This document shows positions 11,501-23,400 of a stretch of DNA of 64,000 nt, one piece after another; the first letter of the stretch is position 1; each line of letters begins with the position of its first letter. The notes below the pieces were generated by a model, which ran no database searches, had not been told where the DNA came from, and worked only from the letters and a program-made list of their open reading frames with translations. Source of the DNA: Entomortierella parvispora E1425 (taxonomy: Eukaryota > Fungi > Mortierellomycota); the NCBI GenBank assembly GCA_020891255.1, contig BQFW01000005.1, positions 248,001 to 312,000 of the forward strand. Reading direction: 5' to 3'. Both the position numbers and the translations under genes were made by a program.

Positions 11501-14500
11501 TGACGAGGACTACTTTATGGCTATCGATCAGGCAGCCTCAGCAGAAGCAAGGGGGAAGCAAGAGTCCATTTCGAGCTGCAGGCGTATTGTGGATACGAGA
11601 TCAAACATGACAGTTCAAAGGACGTGCTGGGTCCACCGAGATTACCGATTGCAAGGAACATCTGGCAAACGAGTACCAATCTTTGCATGCGGTCAGGTAC
11701 GTAGCTGGAAATCCTTTTTTTTTTTTTTTTTTTTTTTTGCAATATGATGAGCTTGGAACTGACATGATTCGAGTTTCTTTCATTTTAGGGCTCGACACTC
11801 AGTCTCTTCACATTGGCTGACCCAATTGCCCCAACACCCGGATACAGAAATCATCCGAGCTGCTCTACCGAAAATGTCAGCGTCAATCGATATATACATA
11901 CTATGTCCCATGCGGTCCTGTCTGATGAAGAAGTCAGCTTTCGCATATCGAGCTCGCAAAGGAGTATACGTGGTGTCTGGTCCACGGTTTTAGAAATCTC
12001 GCGAACGGAGGACAGCTCAAAGTCAACGATTATTCCCTTGGGCCCTGCCATTTCTGCATACCATGGTATCTTTGTGGCAAAGACAGCACATTTAATCGTC
12101 GTTGTTGGGTGCTTTTTGCAGCGCTGGAGATTGTTCGCGACTGGCCCCGATGTCTGTGAATTGGACTTCGTCCGCAAGATCCAAGATGATAGCGAACATC
12201 CAAAGGAAGTCTGCTTTCGAGATATTGTCAGCGCTACTTTTTGCAGCCAGTGTCAAGAGGTTAGTCTTCATCTAGCCTCTCCGCAGTGGTTCAGGCGTCA
12301 CAGGCGTATTGAGGACGATAGCAAGAACAAGGCCAAGCAGAGACACCAACATGGACATCAACAAGAGACTGATACCATCAAAGTGCCACCCGAACATGAT
12401 GCAGCTTTTCAGCCCTCAGAGAACTGTGAGATTCAAGGAGTGGTTGGAGCGGTGACTATGTACACTGAAGGAGATGTGGTCATGAAGAAGTATGTCATTC
12501 AGTACCTACAGTCCTTGATCCGTCAATCGCAGAAGAACCACATATCTTCCATCGTCTGCTTGTGCAGGTCTTGGACACCCGAGCGCAGAGTGTCCATCGA
12601 GAGTATCCTGAGCAATCTGCTCTCGTTAAAGCACATCGCTTGGGTCCCCGACACGCTTGCGTCAAAGAAAAACGACCCGCTCTCCATCCTCATGGAGATC
12701 ACAAAGCGTCAGCCCAATGCCATTGGAGCTTCCCGAATTCTTCTCGACTATTGCGCGCACCACGCGATCAGCTCTCGCAACTTGTCGTTTCTTTTTCCTT
12801 TGTTCTTGAGCATCCATGAGCTCATGAATCTGTTTCCAGAGGATGCCTCCGAGTACCTGTCGAGGGTCGCCTTCATCCCTGTTCAACAACGGTCATTTAT
12901 CATTGACAACCATTGCGTGATCCCGCCACCAAAGATGTTCCATATTCCGTTCTTGAAAGAGAAGCAAGTGATCTTGCACGCTGAGATCAAGGATCCCATC
13001 TTGCAATTGGTGGTCACTCCTCCCGGAGAGAGAGATGCTGCCAGTGACACTTTCACAAGACCCGTGTTCATGACCTCATTTGACGCGTTGTGGACGAAGC
13101 TGGACGACAAGGAAGATCTGCAATCGGCCAGGTCGGGCCAGTCTCTCAAAGCGTCAAGGATACCGACAGTCGATTCGCCTGGGACAGATGTACTAATAGC
13201 AAGAACCAATTATGAGGATTATTGGGCCAAGAAAGAAAGGAGGAAGCGAGAGGGGTCGAATTGGATCAAGACGGCATTCTACATGATTGGATACAAGTGT
13301 CAGTTCCGCAGTCGGACGTATGTGAAAACCCACAAGTTCAAGGCCCTTGAATACTTTGACAATCCAGCCATTGCTGCTTTAGTCGCGTACAAATGGTATG
13401 GACACCCTCTCTTTTGTAATATTGAACATGTCGGTCCAACCCCGTGTTTTTTTAACAGGTTTTCCAATGAAAAATAGGAATACGATTGGATATTCATACT
13501 GGTTCTTTCGCTTCATGAGCCAATGTGTCTTTTACGCGTTGGTGTACTTTGCGGCGCTCTTCCAGGTCTATGATCGGGAGAACCCCAGTCAACCCATTGG
13601 CCATTTCATTGCCATCTTGGTTGTAGGCGCGGGCTTTCTCTGGCTTGAGCTCTTGCAGATGATCAGGAACCCGGTCCGATACAGGAAGTCTCGATACAAC
13701 TTGCTGGATTTGGTGGCATACGGGTTGCCAATGATTGCCAGCATTGATCAGATCATTGTCCATCAATCGGACGATGTTCAAGGGAATACCCGTATTCTCA
13801 GTTTTTCTCTTATTGTCATTTTCTTTCATATGGTAACAGCAGATCCATGATATCGAATAGCTACGTAACCTTTTTGCAGCTTCTACAAGGCAAGCTAACA
13901 TATCTCGTCGTCTCATCACATTAGCTGTTTGAGGCACGTGTCAATGAAGGCATCTGCAAGTACGTGACCATTATCCAAGAGGCGATTGTTGAGATCAAGG
14001 TCTTTCTAGTAATATTTGCGGCGGGGCTGCTGGGATTTGCAGTCGCGATTCTTCATCTCATGCATGGAAGATACCCGATGGGCAATTACAATCCGAGCGT
14101 GGACGATGTGGGGACCAATTTCCCATATAATTTCCTCGGCGCCGTCTCCGCAACATATTTCTTTATGGTACGACGGAAAACGGGAGGGAAGAGGTTGACT
14201 CTTTTCCCTTCATCGCGTAATAACAATCTACTCTTTTTTTCTCTCAAAATTAGGGAGGGATTTACGACTCTGTAAGCGATAACTTTGCAGGGGATGACTG
14301 GGCATTCCACCTGATGATGGCCCTCTGTTTCTTTTTCACGGTCATCCTCATGCTCAATGTGCTTATTGGTGAGCAGTGAACAAACTATTTTTTTCCGTCT
14401 GTTTTCGGTCCTATTCCGGATGGAAATGCTTTGTGTTTTATTTCTGAGACTAACTCATCCATTCCACTCTTCATTTGCAGCCTTGATCAACGTGGCATTC

Positions 14501-15022
14501 GCCAAGAGCGATGACGACTGGCGTCTTGTCTGGATCCAATCTCGGTTGCAGTACATTGAAGCGGCCGAGAACATGTCTTACTACCTGCCTGGTGTCCGGG
14601 ATGCTCATGACAAGTACTTTCCAGAGGTGATTTATTTCACAGCGACATGGAAAGAGGTCAAGGACTACAGACTGAAATATGAAAAGAAGAGAAAGGAAGG
14701 CGCGGCCTTGGCTGAGATGACAAAGCAGCTCTATCTGAACGAACAGAACGCGCAGGTGCAGGTCACTAATGGTGTTATAGATGCGGCGACGGCTGAAGAC
14801 ACAGGGGAACCCTTTGAGTCCTTGGGCGCAAGCGGCCGCTCGAGGTCCCCGGTGATAGAAGAGAACAAGAAGAAAGGGGACGAGAGAACGATGGTGGAAG
14901 ACGTGTCGATAAACAGCATGTTGGCTCAGATGGAGGCCTTGAAGAAGATGATGAAGGAAACCCACGATATAAACCATGCTCTGGCAAAAATCTTGTCCAT
15001 AGACTTTGACTCAACATCCTAG
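8531..15022 (+). CDS. TRP-like 6-TM cation channel with Ser/Pro-rich N-terminus, WD40-like region and C-terminal coiled coil (paralogue 1)
   Basis: Multi-exon and in frame: 8531-9524, small exons (SYRWEVMQ; CLLDIATIEPGWYWIVLHL; SKTCKTKFDDFDL), WD-like AWTGSKEVVTIWDIETG, FDNPAIAALVAYKW, S1-S4, pore ATYFFMGGIYD, S6 VILMLNVLIALINVAF and TRP-box-like WRLVWIQSRL. The true start is uncertain because an acceptor-like tttag sits at 8516-8520. Confidence 0.8.
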
Positions 15023-15122
15023 ACTAACATACACACTTCTTTACGAGCGAATAATAAAACCCAATGCATTACTCCTACGGTTGTACCGGCAATCCTGGTC
15101 GAAAGAGAGTCCAATGCGACCT

Positions 15123-16682
15123 TTAATGACTATTTACAGTGTCTTGCTGGCTGTTCTTTTCTACAATATCCAAAACTTGCACTCCTGAACGCACACATTC
15201 GGTTATAAGAGATTTGCTGTGTCCGATAATGATCCCGACATCGGCTTCCACTGTTGAGCGAGGAGAAGGGTGAAGAAAAGACGGGTCGTGTTAGTAAAAG
15301 ATGGACGAAAAGGGCATTCGCTTTTCCTATCCGTCGATCGCAATCTCATTTTCAAACTTACCGAGACAGCCCAGATCCGTAGTCGAATCTCCAAAGTAGG
15401 CCCATTTCGTTTCTGCGAGCGCCAGATCATGCTTGGCCGCATAGTCCCGTTGAATCTTTTGGAACGCATGCAGCTTGTCCGTCCCTGTCAAACATTTGAC
15501 TCTGACCTTGCCGTTCGACAGACGTTCTTCGCCCTCGGATTGCTCGCTTTCGCTCAGCCCTCCATTGGAAGAGGCGATCGACAATCTGTTTCTTTTCGCG
15601 TCAGCGGCCGCTGTGGCTCTGTCCTCCCGTTCCAAGACTTTTGAACTGACGGCCTTTCTCTGCTTCATGAGCACATCCCGGCATTCTTTCGAGAATTGCA
15701 AGTTGGAGGAAATGATGTTGGCGTCGGGCAGGTAGCGACGTGTGGCCTCTTCACTTCCAAAGATCTGGTCCATGGCGCCCTTGATCAGGTCCCGGCTCCA
15801 GTTTACGGACACGATCCATAATTCTCCACGTAGTCGTTGTGGAGGTTGATCTTGTTCAAGGGAAACCGCCTCGTCCGTGTTGTCTTTTCCTTCTGAATGC
15901 TGCGCACCATTCTGATCCTGGAAGGGTGTCTGTGTCGGTTGCTGCTGGTGTTCTTTTTGATCTATCCGATCTTGCTCGGCCACAAAGGCCTTCAAAAACC
16001 GAACCATGCCGGGGCGAAGACGGATATGGTCACGTCCATACGCCCGAATCTGGGCCTTGGTCATGCCCACCAGGTTCCCACTTTCGTAGACACGGTCGAG
16101 GGAGATCTTTTCGACGGCACGTTTCCGGACCTGGGAATGAATCCAGGGTTGCAAGGACGGGATCTTGGGCGTGGGCAACTCGGGTTCAGGGGTGAATTTG
16201 CGTCCGTCCGTGTGGCATTTAAGGTCACGGACCCTGGGGTCGATGTGGAGGGATGGTTGGGGTTGAGGGTGCAAGAGTCCATCGTCCTGGTGGTTGTGGT
16301 TGTGGGTGTTGAGATGACAGAGATCGCTGATATCGACCTTTTCGAGATCGTCGAGGTAGGCTTGTAGGATCTCGGACCAGGACAGTTCGGGTTGGTCGTG
16401 TTGTTCTTGACGGATCTGGCCGGCGATGGTGTCAAAGGAAGACGTAGTGTCGTGGTCGGTGATGGTCTCGTCAAAGTCGCAGACGATATGGTCAAAGCCA
16501 CGGATGCCCTTGGTGGACACGGGAGACGGCGTGGGGTGGGCGCCATTGAGGGTTAATGAGCCTTGGACGGAATGGACCTCGCATCCTGGAATGGGAGAGT
16601 CGGGTGTTGAGGAGGAGGAGCTGTGGCCGAGAAGGTGGGTGAGTCCCTCGGCAGCGGTGAATCGGTAGAGGGTTGCGGCCAT
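15123..16682 (-). CDS. HAD-superfamily hydrolase, yeast Cto1/YCR015C and plant TH2 phosphatase-domain-like
   Basis: Motif I CDFDETIT; motif IV YFGDSTTDLGCL|VEADVGIIIG across an intron (second exon from about 15250 to TAA at 15123-15125); cap region IRLRPGMVRF, IVSVNWS. Confidence 0.75.
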
Positions 16683-17441
16683 GGGGATGTGCTTTTGGGT
16701 GGACTGTGCGAAAAGGAGAGCGGAAAAAAAGGAGTGAGAAGAGAAGAAAGAAAGAAAGAAAGAATGAGGTCATGGATGCATTCCATTGAATGGTGACAAG
16801 AACAAAGAAAAAAAAAGACAGGAGACAGACAGGAGACACGCGGATAACGTGATCTGTGGGCCAATGGCATCGATGCAAGTTGGTGGCGTGTGTTCAATTG
16901 CAAGTGTCCTTTTTCGCTCTTCTCTTCTTTACGTTCCTTTTCTCTTGCTTGTCCTACTGTACAGTAGTCTACATTACATACATGCACTTTTGAGGGTCGC
17001 AATGGTCCGTTGTTGCTGCAGGGCTGAAGACTCGATCCCCTTTGGTCCTTCGGTCAAGTCAGCAAGCACCGCCCTGCGCACATAAGGCTGGTCTGGACAC
17101 GGTTCTTTTTTAGTGCAGGCTCTTGTCCCTTTCCCCGAGGAGATTATTGTTATTTGTTTATGTGCAATGGATGGATGGCTCTCTCCATCTTCAAGTGTGG
17201 TCCCCTGTTTTCTTTCTTTTTTCCCTTTCCCTTTGGTGTATCCACGCCGCTCCTTTCTTTGTTTTGGAGCCTTTCTTCATCTTTCTTTCTTTCTCTCTCG
17301 TTTTCCTTTTTCCTTTTCCCCTTCTTCCTTCAACTCCTCCTCTCGGCTCCCCTCCCTTCCTCCTTCCCTTCCTCCTTCCCTGTCTCCCTCGACTACAGCC
17401 AAGGATCGATAGTCACTCCATCACCCACCTCTTTCTCTGCA

Positions 17442-20400
17442 ATGTCCTCAACGGACCCTCCTGAAGAGCACAAACGCAAATGGTCCCCCTTGTCCGTCTT
17501 TGGGAAGGGTGGAAATCCTCCGCCACAGCAGGCTTCTGAAGGGCCTGCGGCCATGGCCGTTAGTTGGGACCAGATGCTCCCCGCCCAAACCCAACCAGCG
17601 CCAGCGTCATACTCTATGTTTGTCGATCGGAATCAGCCTCTTCCCCCAAAGACCTACAGTCTTGCCGACTGCGGAGGGCAAGCTCCCATGTACCCCAGTC
17701 GAGATGAACGTTTGCAGTACGTCCAGGCAACCATGCCCGATGACAACGCACGGCCAGCATCGGAGCTTCGTACTGGTTACACTGGAGACCCTGGTGCATA
17801 TCCTCCGACAACTTTCTATCCTCCTACTCTGCCTACCAACAGGGAGGACCTACTGGAATCGCAAGCCCCCATGTTCCCAAGTCGAGATGAACGGTTACAA
17901 CCTATTATTGTCCTTCCGAATCTTCAATCTGAAAACACTGGCAACCCTAGTGCATATCCTCCAACAACACAATCTTTCCCCGCGCTGAAGGTCGAGTATG
18001 AATATTTGAAATCAGACATGTTTATCGATCGCGATAGGCCGTTGGAACTCACTGTCAAGCAAGTTGATAATCTGGGCATCAGCAGCAGCACCGTTGATGG
18101 AGATCAGGGACCCATTTCCAGCACGCCCAGCAAGGATGCTGATAACAGGATCTTGGAGACCAAGGATGCGGGCGCCAATGCAGAGATCGCGCCTAAAGTG
18201 GACCCTCCCGACATGGATCCGGAAACAGCTGCCGCCGTGGCGGCCATCAGGGCGATGCAGGCGATGCCGGATCAGAGCCTAAACCCCTTTGCTCACCACA
18301 CCCTAATGACCGTGCACCGGGACCATGTCTTGCCCCTGCCGTCAAAGACAAAGGAACAGGGCGAAGACCAGGAGGTGCCTCTTCTGGTGTCCGCCTCAGG
18401 ACCTGTCACGCCCATCAAACCAGCCTCCACATCCGTCCCCAATCCCCCGCTTTCCTCTTCGTCCAGCAAGCTGTCGAGTGTCGGCGAAAACAATAGGTCG
18501 AGGTTGCATGTCGACAGGGATACACCTTTGGTGACTTCTGTTCATCCCGAAATGTCGGCGATGAGGGTGGACAGGGATACACCTCTACCTCGTCCGACCC
18601 AGCCTATCATCACGCCTCCGCAATCATATCCAGGACCTATGGCGGTCAATCGGGACACGCCTTTGCCCTCGAGGACTTCGCAATCACAGCAGGGAGCCAT
18701 GAGGATAGACAGGGACACACCTCTACCTCGTCCGACTCAGCCTATCGTCACGCCACCACAATCTCATTCAGGACCAATGGCGGTCAATCGGGATACGCCT
18801 TTGCCCTCGATGCCTCCGCAATCACAGCAAGGAGTTATGAGGGTGGACAGGGATACACTTTTGCCGCGGCCACCTATAACTCCTAGCGAGTCGACCTCTG
18901 GACAAATGCATGTAGAACGGGACACGCTTTTGCCTGGAGGCATGTCGCCAATGCATGTTGATCGAGACACGCTTTTGCCTATAGGCATGTCACCAATGCA
19001 TGTGGATCGAGACACGACTCTACCTGTTACAGAGACCCCTGCAGTTACAACAGGCTGGACTCCTTATCCAGCCAGATTCGGTTTTCCTAATTTCCCATAC
19101 GTTGCAGGTGGCGACAAGATCGATAAAGCCGGCCCTATTGACACTCCAGCGGAGGGTCAGGACGTTCCTCAGGAAGAAGCAGGCAACAATAGCAATTCTG
19201 GCGGTGCTAATACTGCCTTCACGGGCTACAACCCAATGATGTACCCAGCCCATTTGATGAACAATCTTCAGCACCATCCGCCATATATGAGACCCATTAT
19301 CGAACCAGATCCGACCAACACTGTACAGCCCATGATACCCCCTCCATTGGTTCTCCAAACTCCACAAAAGAACGCCCTTGGAGCTCCCGAGAAGATAGAT
19401 GGAAAGACTGCAGATGGTAAGCCATGTTCTAGTGCCCAGTTGAACCGGGAACAGAATCTATCGAAAGAAAAAGTGAAAAAGCTTTCCCTGACCCATTCTC
19501 CTAAATTTCACAACCATAGCATACCGTTGGAAAGTGCAGCAATACACTCAGTCGGCAACCATGTAAGCATGCCGTTGTACCTTTGAATGCAGTTTTCCCC
19601 CAGACGATCTATCTTTTTTTCTAACAAAAAATCAAATCCCCTTCTAGGTACGCATGGCAAACCTTGGCGCTTTACAGAGGAAAGAGTCACTACGAGGTAA
19701 GGGGCTGTTCCCGTCTGCCTACAAGTAAAGTGGAAGGATAAAAGGGAGAGGATCTGCTCTAACCGTTAATCTTGGATAGTGTACCTTGGATATCTCTGCT
19801 GTTGAAGGCGGGTGGTACTGGATTGTGTTTCACATGGAGCTCTCCCAGTTCTTACGGAGACAAATGATGGACTCTCTTGTCATCGACGTCAAACAACTGG
19901 ATTGGGATGGCAAGGAGATATACATGGTAAGTGGCGACTTCAGCTATTTTGAACAATTTCTTATATTTTTCAGCATTTTCCACTGACCAATATTTTCGTC
20001 CCTCAATCCCTTTCAAGAGCAAAACATGCAAGACCGAGCTCACTGACTTGGACTTCAACAATATGTTTGGTGAGTTTGCTTTTTGCGATGAGCAGTTAAA
20101 GTAAGCAAAAATGAAGGGTTATGAATCGCAGCAGCTAAAGTTCAGTTTTCAATTGTAGCTTCAAGATTGGGAGTTCCCATACGGGTGCGACTTCACAGAC
20201 AGATCGAGCTGCATCAGGGAAAGGATCTACAGGTGACAATCGATTCTAGTATCCAGTCTGCTGTCGGGGACTACCTCAAAGTGCTCCACATCGACATCGT
20301 CAGGGGAGAAGCCGACAACAGTGATGTTGTCGCCTATGGCGAAGGAAGACCACAGGAGGTGATTCACATTCCTCAACATCATACTCACGGCAGCTCCCTC

Positions 20401-23400
20401 CGGACCACCAACGTTCATTTCTGCAGCCTCTCAGAGTCGCGGAACCATGCAGTCACCCTATCCTTTGCGAACGACAGGGCATATCTTCATGTTTGGGACT
20501 TGTCGTCGTCAGGGCCTGATGGACCGTCTACCATTATTCCAGAGAATCCCCGCTCACCTACGGATCACAGAGTGCCGTTTGCTCAAACCTCATTCGACGC
20601 CAGAGCGGCTAATCATGAAGAAATCAAGGATATTTGTCTCGGGATTTCAAGCACGGGAATGCAGGTGGCCATACATTCGATTGAGCCCGACAATGGTCAA
20701 GGCATCCCGTTCAAGCTATTCCAGTACGCATCCAAAGTCCCTGCGGACCATGACATGTCCACGCCTTGGAGCCTGGTCAACGTCGACACACTTGGAGTGG
20801 GATTGAAGGATTTCTTTGGCTATGGATGTTTCCACACACTGAGCGGAGAGGAGAGTGCCAAAGAAAAGTATGTCACCTGCGAAGGCACTCAAGTCCGCGT
20901 GTACAGCACAATAGCGCACGGAGGCCGATGGGAGTTGCACTTTACACTCCCGCTATGTCTTGAGCAAAACTTGGATGCTGCCCTGAGATTGTATGCCAGT
21001 ATCTATGGACGCTACTTTGCCTGGACTGGATCCAAGGATGTGGTCTCTATCTGGGATATCGATACGGGACGTCATGTATCGTATATTGCTACGCTGACCG
21101 AGGATGATGCAGAGGTGTGTGCCAACTTTTCGAGGTCGAGCAAGAAGGTGGCCATTTCTGTCTCGGGCAAGATCCGGATCCACCAGACACATTCAGGCGT
21201 ATTGCTCGGAGAATATACCCAGGGATTGGACGAGGACTGTTTCTATGAGGTCGATTTTGATGAGGATTATTTCATGACGATCGATCAGACAGCTTCCACC
21301 GCAGCAAAGGAAAGGCAAGAATCTCTCACGAGTTGTCGCCGGATCGTTGACACGCGCTCCGACATGACCATTCAGAGGACGTATTGGATTCACCGAGATT
21401 ATCGACTTCAAGGAATAACTGGAACAAAACAGCCTCTCTTCGGTTACGGACAGGTATGCCTTGATGTGTAAATCTCCACAAATTGTCATAAAAAAAGGTA
21501 GTTTTACTAATATGGACAAATCCTGGTTTTTAGGGCTCAGTATTCAATCTGTTCCTATTGCCAGATCCTATCGCGCCTGCCCCCAGTTACAGTGATCATC
21601 CTAGCTGTGATCTGCGCGGAATTGTTGTGGACAGGTACGTAGGTGTCGTGTCCCTAGGTTTCCTCTCGCATGCAGGAGACAGTTTCCAAGTCTCGAGCTC
21701 CCAACGCGCCATCCGCGGTATTTGGTCCACTGTCCTAGAGATCAGTCGATCGACAGATTTCTCCAAATCTGTGATTCTCCCTCTTGGTCCAGCCATGTCC
21801 ACCTATCATGGCGTCTTTGTGGCCGAAACGTCGCATCTGGTCCTCGTGGTCGGATGCTTTTTGCAGCGGTGGAAACTATTGGCGACTGGACCCGAGATCT
21901 GTGCGTTGGAGCTGATCTGGAAAATTCAGGACGATTCCAAGCATCTGAAGGATATCTGTATCCGAGAGATCATGAGCGCAGGAATTTGCAGACAGGGCCA
22001 GGAAGTCATTCTTCAGCTGGCGCCCCCTCAGTGGTTCAGACGCTACAGACGCATCGAGGAGGAGGACGAGGAAGAAGAGGATGAGAAGAAGTCAAGGCAG
22101 CCAAGGCAGCCCAGACAGCTAATACCCGAGATTGCCACCGTGCCCCTTTCACAACATGACACGGTTGCTCTCTCCTTGGAAGATCGAGAGATTCAAGGAG
22201 TCGTTGGAGCAGTGACTTTGTACTCTGAAGGAGATGTGGTCCTGAAGCGCTATGTCATTGAGTACCTAAAGTCTTTGGTTCGCCTTTCTCAGGAGCACAC
22301 CTTTTCTTGCGTGGTTTCCTTGGCCAGGGTGTGGACACCCGAGCGCAGATCTTCAGTCGAGGGAATCTTGAGCGAGCTCCTTTCTTCAAAGCGTGTCACC
22401 TGGGTTCCCGACACCTTTGCAACAAAGGAGAACGATCCTCTATCGATCCTCATGGGGATTGCAAAGCGTCAGCCCAGTGCCATTGGTGCCTCGCGCATCA
22501 TTCTCGACTATTGTGTGGAGCATGCGGTCAATTATCGCAACCTGTCGTTCCTCTCGCCCTTGTTCCTGAGTCTTCATTCGCTCATGAACTTGTTCCCGGA
22601 GGAGGCTTCTGAATACCTTTCCAAGATTGCCTTCATTCCAGCTCAACAACGGTCGTTTATTATCGACAACCATCAAGTCGCTCGACCACCGCGAATGTTC
22701 AGGATACCGTTCTGGAAGACGAGCTCAGTTCCACTGTACAAAGTGGAGGATCCCATCTTGCAGTTGGTCGTCACCCCTCCCAAGGAGAAGGATGCTGCCA
22801 ATGACACGTTCACACGGCCCGTCTTTATGACCTCGTTTGACGCTTTGTTTACTTATATGGACAATGACACGGGATCGCGATCAGACGTTGTGGATTCGGA
22901 TGCACCGTCCAACATCTTGAGAGCGGCCACGGTGTATTCTCCCGTGGGGAATGGACCCAATACGGTGGTGCTGGAGGATGACAATTCTTGGATAGAGAAG
23001 GATAGCTTGGGCAGGAAGCGGACCAATTGGTTCAAGATTTGGCTGCATATGGTGCGCTACAAGAGCAAGTTCCGTTCAAAGATCTTTGTCAAGAGTCATG
23101 ACTTTAATCTCGAGTTTTTTGACAATCCAGCCATCGCAGCTTTGGTTGCATACAAATGGTAAGGCGGAAATTATTGACGTTTTCCTTTTGCGTGTCCTAC
23201 CCGTGGAACTAACACCGTGTTGAAAAAAAAAAAAAAAAAAAATAGGAACACGATCGGATACTCGTACTGGTTCTTCCGCTTTATGAGTCAATGTGTCTTT
23301 TATTTCTTTGTCTACTTTGCAGCCCTGTTCCAAGTCTATGATCGTGGCAACCCGAATCCAACGATTTGGCATTTTATTGTCATTTTAATCCTTGGCGCCG

